In this document: positions 10,334 to 19,009 of the stretch, in pieces
Position numbering within the stretch: position 1 is the first letter of the stretch
How the letters are laid out: each line of letters starts with the position of its first letter
NCBI GenBank assembly: GCA_964534705.1
Contig: CAZHPY010000001.1
Location: 1-57,330 of the forward strand
Source: an uncultured Planctomycetia bacterium
GTDB lineage: Bacteria > Omnitrophota > Gorgyraeia > 2-01-FULL-45-10
Length of the DNA: 57,330 nt
Reading direction: 5' to 3'
Notes under the pieces: model-generated
Told to the model about the DNA's origin: nothing
The model's input: only the letters and a program-made list of their open reading frames with translations
Databases searched by the model: none
Position numbers and translations under genes: made by a program

Positions 10334-10924
10334 TCAGTAATGAATCTTCCTTAGCTTTCTTGCCGGATTGCCTGCACAAACTGTATGCGACGGAATATCG
10401 CGAGAAACCACAGACCCTCCTCCGACAAGAGCGTTTTCCCCCACAATAACACCAGGCAGCACCGTAACGTTTGCACCAATCTTTGCTTTCGGACCGATGG
10501 TCGGACCTTTCAAGGCTCCTTTAACACCGGGAGCGCATGGGAACTTGGCGTTCGTCAGGACCGCTTGCGGCCCTAGCCAGCAGCCTTTTTTAAGTATCGA
10601 ATATTCGGGAATGAACGCCTGCGAATGTATCCTTACATCGTCCTCAATACAAATATGGTGTTCAATAGCGCTAGACGTACCTATCGAAACATTGTTACCT
10701 ATAGTATTGTTCTCACGAATATTAACATGATGCCCAGTCTTGAAATTTACACCGATACTATTACCGGCGTAAATCACGGTGTGAGAGCGTATATGCGCGT
10801 TGTCGCCGATAACAGTCGGCCGACGACAGTTTTTTATGGGATAACCAATAATACAGTAATCTTCTATAACGGCATTCTTCCCTAACCGGACGCCGGGATG
10901 GATACGGGCAGTTTTAGCTATCAT
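10334..10924 (-). CDS. LbH N-acetyltransferase (WlbB / WbpD-like, acting on a 3-amino sugar)
   Basis: 196-aa ORF built from hexapeptide repeats throughout. It overlaps the upstream Gfo/Idh/MocA oxidoreductase gene by 4 nt, the classical WlbA-WlbB arrangement. Confidence 0.75.
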   Translation of the reverse strand: MIAKTARIHPGVRLGKNAVIEDYCIIGYPIKNCRRPTVIGDNAHIRSHTVIYAGNSIGVNFKTGHHVNIRENNTIGNNVSIGTSSAIEHHICIEDDVRIHSQAFIPEYSILKKGCWLGPQAVLTNAKFPCAPGVKGALKGPTIGPKAKIGANVTVLPGVIVGENALVGGGSVVSRDIPSHTVCAGNPARKLRKIHY

Positions 10925-11991
10925 AGGCCCTCCTTCACAGTATCGCTTATTGGCATGGGCCGCAAATAGACCTCCCCACCCGTTCTTACAGAATCGTATA
11001 TCGCCGAGATTATCTCCAGGCTTTTACGGCCTTCCAGCCCATCGACAAGCGTTTTTTTATTGCTAACGATGCAATCGATAATGTGGTCATACTGGGCTTT
11101 ATGCCCGAATCCGTAGACATCCTTGGGATTTTCATTACTCGTACGTATAATATCAGCGTCCCCTTCGTTCATATCTTCAAAAAGCCATGTCTTCAATTGA
11201 TTAACTGCGAACCCGCCTATCTCGACGGAACCCCGCTCACCGAGAATGGATATCGATCCTTCCAGGTCCCTGGGACGGGTAGCTGTGGTAGCCTCTATCA
11301 CGCCCAAAGCACCGCTACGGAACTTAACCACCGCAATACCGGTATCTTCAGTTTCAATATCCACTAAAGCAGTAATGGTTTTAGCGAAAACTGAATCAAC
11401 ATCCCCCATCATCCACTCTAAAAGATCAATATGATGGCTGGCCTGGTTAGCGAAAACTCCGCCATCCTGTGCCAAGGTTCCCCGCCACGCATCCTGGTCA
11501 TAATAATCCTGCGTCCTGCACCAACGAACCCTTACCGTGCCAAGCACCAATTTCCCGAAGCGCCCTTCATTAATCGCTTCTTTCAGCCGCCGCACCGGAA
11601 GATTGAAACGGTTTTGTTTTACAACAAACAATTTAATATTATTCCGGTCACACGCACTGATCATTGCATCCGCATCGTCCAATTTTAAAGCCATAGGTTT
11701 TTCAATAATAATATGCTTCTTATACTTGACTAAATCGAGGAGATGGCGCGCATGTTGTCCGCTTGGCGTAAGAATAGCAATGACATCGATATCCTTTTCC
11801 TTGTTAAGCATCGTATGGATATCCGTATAACCGGGTATGTCATATTGTTTGGCAAATGCGTCTGCCCGTGAGGCGACCACATCACATACAGCGCTCAAAC
11901 GGGCACCGGCAATCTGCCCTGACCCTAAAAGCCCCGCATGTTTGACAGCGATCCTGCCGCATCCGATTAAAGCAATATTCAGTTTCTTCAT
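10921..11991 (-). CDS. Gfo/Idh/MocA-family NAD-dependent sugar oxidoreductase (WlbA / WbpB-like 3-dehydrogenase)
   Basis: 356-aa ORF with the N-terminal Rossmann motif IALIGCGRIAVKH and an EKPMA motif, in a glycan context with an LbH acetyltransferase. Confidence 0.8.
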   Translation of the reverse strand: MKKLNIALIGCGRIAVKHAGLLGSGQIAGARLSAVCDVVASRADAFAKQYDIPGYTDIHTMLNKEKDIDVIAILTPSGQHARHLLDLVKYKKHIIIEKPMALKLDDADAMISACDRNNIKLFVVKQNRFNLPVRRLKEAINEGRFGKLVLGTVRVRWCRTQDYYDQDAWRGTLAQDGGVFANQASHHIDLLEWMMGDVDSVFAKTITALVDIETEDTGIAVVKFRSGALGVIEATTATRPRDLEGSISILGERGSVEIGGFAVNQLKTWLFEDMNEGDADIIRTSNENPKDVYGFGHKAQYDHIIDCIVSNKKTLVDGLEGRKSLEIISAIYDSVRTGGEVYLRPMPISDTVKEGL

Positions 11992-12058
11992 ATTATGTTA
12001 ACACTATTATGATCGATAGTTATACTACATACGATATATATAATTTAACAGTATTCAT

Positions 12059-12087
12059 AGAATATCACGAAAGAGGCCCCTTTACAA
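12059..12087 (-). promoter_or_regulatory. Candidate internal sigma70-like promoter in the AT-rich 107-bp gap
   Basis: Minus strand reads TTGTAA (12087-12082), 17 nt, then TATTCT (12064-12059), upstream of the ATG at 11991. This is one of only three sizeable intergenic gaps. Confidence 0.25.
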
Positions 12088-12098
12088 TAAAACTCAGG

Positions 12099-13616
12099 TC
12101 AGAATTGAAAGTAAAGGAAAGGGGAATCCTTTACAATAAAACTGACCGCTAAAGCAAATAACGCCCCGGCAGCAACTGAAAGACCAAGGCGGATATTTTT
12201 TCCTATATTCACACGCATATAGGGATAGTCGTTAATATTCGGTAAAAACCACGCTATTATAAATGCCAACGTTATCAGGACCAAAAATGATAATGTTCCC
12301 GTAACTGTGCCTTGCCAAAAGCCTTCAAATATTAAAAAATTTCCAAATGTTATGCCAGGCATCATTCTTTCCAGCCCGAAAGGCAAGGAAATCCCGTTCA
12401 GTCCCAACATACCTTTATAAATGTTTAAGGCCGTGGCCGTGCTGTCCGACCTGAATAGCACCCACGCAAAACATACGCTGAGAAAAGTGATTGCCCTGCC
12501 TGCAATTCTACCAACCGGTCCAAAATCATGCACTTGGCCCGCTAACGCTCGCCAACCGTGATTTATCATAAGAAATAAGCCGTGGAGAGCGCCCCACAGT
12601 ACAAAAGTCCAATTCGCGCCGTGCCATAACCCGCCCAATAACATTGTGACCAACAGATTAAGATAGCGCCTAAATGCGCCTAATCTGTTCCCGCCCAATG
12701 GAATATAAAGATAATCTTTTAAAAATGTAGAAAGTGATATATGCCAACGCCGCCAGAAATCAATAATACTAGTGGCTTTATACGGCGAGTTGAAATTGAT
12801 CGGCAGATGGATACCGAAAAAGAATGACAGCCCGATAGCCATATCTGAGTATCCTGAAAAATCAAAATAGATCTGAAAAGAATACGCCAACACACCGAAC
12901 CAGGACATGAATAACATGGGCATGGAACCGGCGCTGGCATCCTTAAACAGTCCGTCGGCATATACTCCTAACGGATCCGCAAGTAATACCTTCTTGCATA
13001 AACCTACGGTAAAAATAACTATGCTGGCTGCGATTCTATCGTAGTCTGGACGATAGATATCCGCTTTTGCAAACTGCGGCATCATCTGCTTATGATGCAG
13101 GATAGGCCCGGCTATCAGGTGAGGAAAATAGCTGACGAATAATAAATAGTGAACAAAATTACGGTCCCCGACCTTACCCTGCCAGCAATCAACTAAGTAA
13201 GCGATCTGTGTGAATGTAAAAAACGAGATACCTAAAGGCAGCACAACTTCTGGCGGCACAATTTGCTGCAGGTTGAATGTATTTAACGCAACGTTGATGT
13301 TGGAGATAAAGAAATTGACGTATTTGAAATAACCAAGCAAGGCAAGATTACCAATGATCGAGAAGTAAAAAATACCATTTCTTACCAACACATTTTTATT
13401 CTCAAGGGGCGTCAACCTCTTGCCAAATAAATAATTTGCGCATATAGAAATTAACAACAACGGTACTGCCTTGATGCTCCAGTAGCCATAAAAGAATAAT
13501 GAAACAAGCGCAAGCCATCCGGCAGCAAAAGTGTGCTTGTATCTGGCGATAAAGAAGAACCCGATAAAGGCTATGGGAAAAAATAAAAAAATGAAAGCGT
13601 ACGAATTGAAAAGCAT
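12099..13616 (-). CDS. MBOAT-family membrane-bound O-acyltransferase (AlgI / DltB / PatA-like)
   Basis: 505-aa polytopic ORF with the MBOAT signature FWRRWHISLSTFLKDYLYIPLGGNR, including the conserved His. Confidence 0.9.
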   Translation of the reverse strand: MLFNSYAFIFLFFPIAFIGFFFIARYKHTFAAGWLALVSLFFYGYWSIKAVPLLLISICANYLFGKRLTPLENKNVLVRNGIFYFSIIGNLALLGYFKYVNFFISNINVALNTFNLQQIVPPEVVLPLGISFFTFTQIAYLVDCWQGKVGDRNFVHYLLFVSYFPHLIAGPILHHKQMMPQFAKADIYRPDYDRIAASIVIFTVGLCKKVLLADPLGVYADGLFKDASAGSMPMLFMSWFGVLAYSFQIYFDFSGYSDMAIGLSFFFGIHLPINFNSPYKATSIIDFWRRWHISLSTFLKDYLYIPLGGNRLGAFRRYLNLLVTMLLGGLWHGANWTFVLWGALHGLFLMINHGWRALAGQVHDFGPVGRIAGRAITFLSVCFAWVLFRSDSTATALNIYKGMLGLNGISLPFGLERMMPGITFGNFLIFEGFWQGTVTGTLSFLVLITLAFIIAWFLPNINDYPYMRVNIGKNIRLGLSVAAGALFALAVSFIVKDSPFLYFQF

Positions 13617-13625
13617 TATTTCCTT

Positions 13626-14450
13626 TTATTCATAAGACAACCGCTCAATAAGTTCGACCCACTTCAGGGTATACTTTTTCCGGTCCTCTGGAGCGACATG
13701 GTCGATACTGTCGCCTATGTCTTCTTTCGATATGCCAAATGGGGTTAAAGTACAGATCGTGTTCAGTCCGTGAAACTTCGGCAAGCTAGAAAAATAGCTA
13801 TCAGCAACAAATTTGTACCTGTCAAGGATAGGGCCACAGGCAAGATAAGACTTGACCTTTAGCCTTGCACAGATCGCGCCGATTGCAGAAGCGGCATTGG
13901 AGTTGACATCGCTCATCCTATGTAATATAAGCTTGCTCTTAACATTCGCGTCGATCTTATTACCTTGTTTTATATAATCATTGGTGATATCAACTTTATC
14001 GTTTTTTGAAAAATATGACTTAAGCGCCAAATATAACCTGCGCGCGCTTATCAGCTGAGAAGGCACGATATCCCTGTTCAGGGCCAACTTGATATCATTT
14101 GCATTTATAGATCTGGAAAAACTATCTACGGTCTGAACAACAAAAATCGCTTCGGGGGGCGAGTGCCTTTCAAGATACTTCTCTATAATTATCTGGCTTC
14201 CGATCAATCCATAGCCGCCGGTAAGCGCAAAGTTTACCACTTTTTTTTTGGTCATCAAAGAGGCAAATTCGGCGTCAAGAGAATTACCTAAAGAAGAATC
14301 TCCTACGAAAATAATGTCAGCGGACTCATTAAGCTTATTAAGCTGATGGCTCAAAAGGATATCGTCATTTGTAGGAAGGATAAAATTCCCAACGGCTATG
14401 GCCGCCAAAACCAATAAAGCTGTGAGAAAAAATATACGCAGGTCGATCAT
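13626..14450 (-). CDS. SGNH-like periplasmic partner of the MBOAT (AlgJ/AlgX/DltD-like role)
   Basis: 274-aa ORF with an N-terminal signal anchor. Block I-like is IIFVGDSSLGNS and block II-like is NFALTGGYG. It lies immediately downstream of the MBOAT gene. Confidence 0.55.
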   Translation of the reverse strand: MIDLRIFFLTALLVLAAIAVGNFILPTNDDILLSHQLNKLNESADIIFVGDSSLGNSLDAEFASLMTKKKVVNFALTGGYGLIGSQIIIEKYLERHSPPEAIFVVQTVDSFSRSINANDIKLALNRDIVPSQLISARRLYLALKSYFSKNDKVDITNDYIKQGNKIDANVKSKLILHRMSDVNSNAASAIGAICARLKVKSYLACGPILDRYKFVADSYFSSLPKFHGLNTICTLTPFGISKEDIGDSIDHVAPEDRKKYTLKWVELIERLSYE

Positions 14451-15217
14451 AGCCTTCCTTGCATGCCTATCAGTTTATCGTGCTTAGCCAGTATGCGTTT
14501 CAGATAATTTATGAGCGTAAAATACTCATTGATCGTACGGAGAATATTGATCTTGCTTGCCCCTTTTTTCCTGCCGTAATCATAAACGAACGGTATCTCT
14601 GCTATATTTTTTGTCAAAAGCGATAATTTAACAAGAAGCTCGGCATTAGCTACGAACCCCTTGGACTGAATCAGCCCAAACGGTCCAAAATATTCTGATG
14701 CTTTCCTGAGTATGGCTGCACGATAAGCCCGAAAAAAGATCGTGTAGTCGCGAACGGTCCCTACCGGAAAAAAGGTCCTCATCATCCGGTTGGCACAATG
14801 ACTGAATATGAGCCTTGGCAACGGAAAATTAACATAGCCGCCGGCCGGAAGATACCGCGAAGCCACAACGATATCCGCTTTTCCACCCACGATAATATCA
14901 GTCATTGGCAGGACCAGCTCCTGTTCGCTGGTCTGGTCGCTTTCCATAATAACCACTGCATCATCGTCCTTTGCCTCTTTCAATGCTTCATGGATACCGG
15001 CTGAAAAAACAGCGCCAACATTCATATTGATGACCGAACCCGTGATCACCAGATCGTCTCTTTGCAGTGTTTTAAGAAGCTCCATCGACCCGTCGGTAGA
15101 TCCGTCGTTAACCACTACAATACGGTACGGCCTGCCCACCATGGCCTTACGAATACCGGCAATAAGGCCTGGCAGATTTTCCTTTTCGTTGTACATCGGT
15201 AAGATAAAATAGACCAT
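14447..15217 (-). CDS. GT2, soluble DPM1-like polyprenyl-phosphate sugar synthase
   Basis: 256-aa ORF with ILPMYNEKEN and VVNDGSTDGS motifs and no TM segments. It shares a 1-nt overlap with the upstream GT-C-like gene. Confidence 0.75.
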   Translation of the reverse strand: MVYFILPMYNEKENLPGLIAGIRKAMVGRPYRIVVVNDGSTDGSMELLKTLQRDDLVITGSVINMNVGAVFSAGIHEALKEAKDDDAVVIMESDQTSEQELVLPMTDIIVGGKADIVVASRYLPAGGYVNFPLPRLIFSHCANRMMRTFFPVGTVRDYTIFFRAYRAAILRKASEYFGPFGLIQSKGFVANAELLVKLSLLTKNIAEIPFVYDYGRKKGASKINILRTINEYFTLINYLKRILAKHDKLIGMQGRL

Positions 15218-16656
15218 TATTTTTCCTTTCGATAGATCTGCCAGTTCTTACTGTAAAATACCGCACACCATCCCCGGTTCCGGTCAGGGATGTCACTGCC
15301 AAAACGACGGGAGAAGACATAGAACGCTTCTGCGGGCATGTCTTCAGCCAAAGAAGCTATTTTAAAGTCGCTTACATTCAGACCGTAACTTCTGTTCAAA
15401 TGTGCCGGAATTGCACCGGACGGTTCATCTGCGTTCGAGAAAACCATGCGTTGACGGCTTGCGGCTTGAAAATCAGCGTTGTTCCGAACCCATTCCATTA
15501 GATTCCGTGTATCATAATTATACACGGATTCCCTCGCCAATGCGTACTGGCAAACCAGTATATTCAACAATAAACTTCCGATTATAGCTGACACCTGAAT
15601 TAATATGTTTGCTTTATGCAATTCCCTGGTGAGCAATACCGCGGCTGCAAAAGCAAAAAATATCCCAAGTGGCCCTGCATAATAAGATAATGTATTCCAG
15701 GGAAGTAAAATAAACAAAAATGAACAATACAAAAGGACCCCCAGTAATGCTCCGTAGGCCTCCTTATCGGAATATCGACTTGCAAATACCCTCCATGACA
15801 ACTTTCGGATGCTTAGGGCAAAAAGAAACGTTGCCGCCGCGATCCATGGTATATGATTCAGCAGGTCTTTCTTGATCCAGGATTGAAAATTACCGGATAT
15901 TTTTCCGATATCAAAGAAAGAAAAATGAGCAGTATAACTGCCGCGCAAAAGAGTTTTTACGCTTATACCATAACAAAGCGATATTATAAGAATGACAATG
16001 CTCCACTGCCAGATCCTCCGTCCGATCGAAGGTATAAAACGACCCGCGATCAATCCCGCAAGGCCAAGAGCAACTCCACAAGCAATAAATGGCTCTTTAG
16101 CGCCGAATGCGACTATCAGGAAAAACACCCCCAATATTCCATTGCGCCAACTTATAATATTTGATACTGAAGTAAGCATGCTAAAAAATAAATGCAGGCT
16201 GATCCCGCAAAAAATAAGCCCCAGGATCTCCTGTGATGATAAGAAAAAAAACGCATCGTAAAAATAATGAAACGACAGCGCTATGGCGCCAAATAGGAAG
16301 GATGTCAACGGCTTCTCAGTGGCCCGGTAAGCCAATACCCCCCACACCGCAAGCATCGATACTATCTCGACCCATTTGGCAATATAAAACAATTGAGGAG
16401 CATCCTGAAAGATCGTATAAAGAAAAGCCGAGTGAAGCACAAACGTCGGACGAAAGATACCCCATCGGCACAGACCACAAAAATATCCCCAAAAGCCTGT
16501 CAATGGATGTGCCACGCCGCGTAAGATCGTCGCATCATCCATGAGCCCCCAATACCACTTATGCAAAATAAAACTTAATAGGATCATCGCCAACGGCACC
16601 ACAACAGGGAGTGCCCATAATGCAACCTGTAGAATATCTTTTTTTCTACTTTCCAT
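15217..16656 (-). CDS. Polytopic GT-C-fold-like membrane glycosyltransferase (ArnT/PMT-like)
   Basis: 479-aa hydrophobic ORF with an acidic loop motif, GLMDDATIL, after TM1. It is paired with the DPM1-like GT2. Confidence 0.5.
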   Translation of the reverse strand: MESRKKDILQVALWALPVVVPLAMILLSFILHKWYWGLMDDATILRGVAHPLTGFWGYFCGLCRWGIFRPTFVLHSAFLYTIFQDAPQLFYIAKWVEIVSMLAVWGVLAYRATEKPLTSFLFGAIALSFHYFYDAFFFLSSQEILGLIFCGISLHLFFSMLTSVSNIISWRNGILGVFFLIVAFGAKEPFIACGVALGLAGLIAGRFIPSIGRRIWQWSIVILIISLCYGISVKTLLRGSYTAHFSFFDIGKISGNFQSWIKKDLLNHIPWIAAATFLFALSIRKLSWRVFASRYSDKEAYGALLGVLLYCSFLFILLPWNTLSYYAGPLGIFFAFAAAVLLTRELHKANILIQVSAIIGSLLLNILVCQYALARESVYNYDTRNLMEWVRNNADFQAASRQRMVFSNADEPSGAIPAHLNRSYGLNVSDFKIASLAEDMPAEAFYVFSRRFGSDIPDRNRGWCAVFYSKNWQIYRKEK

Positions 16657-16679
16657 CGACTGCCTCTACTCTATTGAAC

Positions 16680-17573
16680 CTAAACTTTACGCGCATATAT
16701 TTCCATAAAATCGCCTAATGCAAAAGTAACATAGCTATTGTTAATGAAAGGTACATTCGATAATAACCGCCCTAATAAACGCCAGATACCCCTCATTGCT
16801 TCCAATTTATAGGCAAGATACCGCACGCTGATCGTATGCCGATAGACACGCATACTCAAAACTTCAAATCCGCACTTATTTAAATAAGCGCGGATCGTTT
16901 GTCTGTCAAAATAATAGATATGCATCTTCATAAGCCATGGCCAGCTTCGCCCCATAATACGGGCAAAGAGGCTTCCGATATCCATCGTTGAAAGCGCAAC
17001 GACCCCGCCTTGCCGAAGCACTTTATGGCAAGTCTTTAACGCGGACATCGGATCGTCCAGGTGCTCTATGACATCCCACATAGTCACAACATCAAAATCT
17101 ATATCCAAATCATTTGCCTGCTCATAAGTCCCATGATCAATAATTATATCAAAAATCTTTTTTGCCTTACCGACACACCACGATGACGGCTCAATCCCGC
17201 GCACATCCCATCCGTCTTTACGGGCAAGATCCGCAAAGAACCCTATTCCGGCGCCGATATCTAGCAGGCGACCCGGAGAACTAATGCGCGACAAAGACCT
17301 TATGTTACGGCTAAATGTCCGCAGCCGTCCATCTAATTCCTTTTCGTAGACCGGATCTTCGGTTTTAGCGTATTCCTGCTCTAATTCACATGCCTCAGGC
17401 CGAGGCGAGCTGTATACAAGCCCGCATTGTTGGCAACGGACAATTCTATAATGATCCCCATGCCCCAGGCTTGTGCATGAGTAAGTATTTACAGTATTCT
17501 CAGAGGAAACAGTTGATGGAAAAACCAATTTACTATCAACTGAACCACAAAAATTGCATGAATGAATTTTCAT
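16680..17573 (-). CDS. Class I SAM-dependent methyltransferase with an N-terminal Cys4 zinc-ribbon
   Basis: Contains CNFCGS...CQQCG and the SAM motif LLDIGAGIGFF. I chose the start at MKIHSCNFCGS (17573) because it forms an ATGA overlap with the upstream stop. The track ORF extends to 17627. Confidence 0.85.
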   Translation of the reverse strand: MKIHSCNFCGSVDSKLVFPSTVSSENTVNTYSCTSLGHGDHYRIVRCQQCGLVYSSPRPEACELEQEYAKTEDPVYEKELDGRLRTFSRNIRSLSRISSPGRLLDIGAGIGFFADLARKDGWDVRGIEPSSWCVGKAKKIFDIIIDHGTYEQANDLDIDFDVVTMWDVIEHLDDPMSALKTCHKVLRQGGVVALSTMDIGSLFARIMGRSWPWLMKMHIYYFDRQTIRAYLNKCGFEVLSMRVYRHTISVRYLAYKLEAMRGIWRLLGRLLSNVPFINNSYVTFALGDFMEIYARKV

Positions 17574-19009
17574 ATGCGGTCCATGGTTTGCCACCGATAG
17601 AAAGCAACAATACCGACACAAACCCAAAAAGGAAAAGCTGTATAAGGAAGCTCCAAAAAAACTGAAAAGTTCGCCACGACCATACCAAAAATTACAGTAG
17701 ACACCAATACCCCCCCCTCAACCGACCGCAAGCGTACAAAATCCCGTATACACAGCACCACAAACCAAAGAAATACCCCTATAGCCGCAAATCCGATAAC
17801 CCCTCCCCGGTAAATTATATGCAGCCAGGAGTTATGCGGAGCGATCCACCCGTCCCGGCGCCAATCATCATGCGCCCACCTTAAGATCTCCACTGAACGC
17901 GACCGCTGAGGGCGTCCGAAACTGAACCCAAAAAAAGCTTTTTTGTGTACCAAATCAGATATCATGTCTCTCCAAATAAAATAACGAAACAATATATTGT
18001 TATATGCAGTAGTTAAAGGGCGTGGCGCGTCGTTCTTTAACTGATCTTCTTTTGGCTGTTCCGCAGACAGCTTAATAGAGCCTATTGTCTTTGGAAGCGG
18101 CGTATCCGGATTATAGGCCCTCGCTTCAATAGGAATAGATATATAGGCATTTTTTTCGCTGTCAATTTTATTTTCATACTTCATATAAAGTTTCTTGACC
18201 TCCGCAATATTAAACAATGAGCGGACTGCGTTCCGGTCCGCAAATGCAAAAATGAGGCTGACCAAAATAACACCTACGGCCATCCCCATCCATTTGTTCT
18301 TACGGATTTTTCTGGATAGGAAAGGAAAGAAAAAAATAGCTGTAAATAAAACCGCCGAAGACAATCCAACGAGGTCAGAGCGGACCTGGCAATAAAAGAC
18401 TCTTCCCTTCAATACAAATGCGATCGCAATCGTTAAAAAAATCCACCTTATCCATAGACTGCCTATATTGGGGAGAAAAATAACAAAGAAGACGACCGCT
18501 ATATAGCCGACATAAACACCTGCTTCCAGGAAAGCAAACGTTAACAGGATAACAAAAAAAACAACTCCAAGTAATTTTTGACGAATAAATTTTTTTTTAT
18601 CTGCGCTGGCTATGGCCTGATCCGTTAAGCTCAGATCTCTAATCGCTAAAAACACTATCATGGAGATGAAAGGATAATAAAAGAGTGCCGCATTCCTAAA
18701 AGCGAACGCCCCACTCTCGAAATATCCAAATACGGATTTCCAAATTATCCATAATATATAAATCGTGACTCCGGCCCTGAGAGGCCTGGGTAAAGAAAGG
18801 TCAAAAAAGAATCTCCAGCCATACAGAAAAAAACAGATGGCCATGACGATCTCTCCGATAAATATTGGAAAGTTCGGGCCGGGAACAAATAAATGGACTT
18901 CGGCAAAAGAAGATTTAAAGATAGAATAGAGCGCGCTAATCCCGCCTATAATAATTAAGACCGAATAAGCCGTCGCACGCCTCATGATAAGACTGAATGC
19001 TTTATTCAT
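17570..19009 (-). CDS. Wzy_C / O-antigen ligase-family polytopic membrane protein (polymerase, ligase or O-oligosaccharyltransferase)
   Basis: 479-aa ORF with many TM spans and a periplasmic loop followed by PHNSWLHIIYRGGVIGF, typical of the Wzy_C domain. Confidence 0.65.
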   Translation of the reverse strand: MNKAFSLIMRRATAYSVLIIIGGISALYSIFKSSFAEVHLFVPGPNFPIFIGEIVMAICFFLYGWRFFFDLSLPRPLRAGVTIYILWIIWKSVFGYFESGAFAFRNAALFYYPFISMIVFLAIRDLSLTDQAIASADKKKFIRQKLLGVVFFVILLTFAFLEAGVYVGYIAVVFFVIFLPNIGSLWIRWIFLTIAIAFVLKGRVFYCQVRSDLVGLSSAVLFTAIFFFPFLSRKIRKNKWMGMAVGVILVSLIFAFADRNAVRSLFNIAEVKKLYMKYENKIDSEKNAYISIPIEARAYNPDTPLPKTIGSIKLSAEQPKEDQLKNDAPRPLTTAYNNILFRYFIWRDMISDLVHKKAFFGFSFGRPQRSRSVEILRWAHDDWRRDGWIAPHNSWLHIIYRGGVIGFAAIGVFLWFVVLCIRDFVRLRSVEGGVLVSTVIFGMVVANFSVFLELPYTAFPFWVCVGIVAFYRWQTMDRI

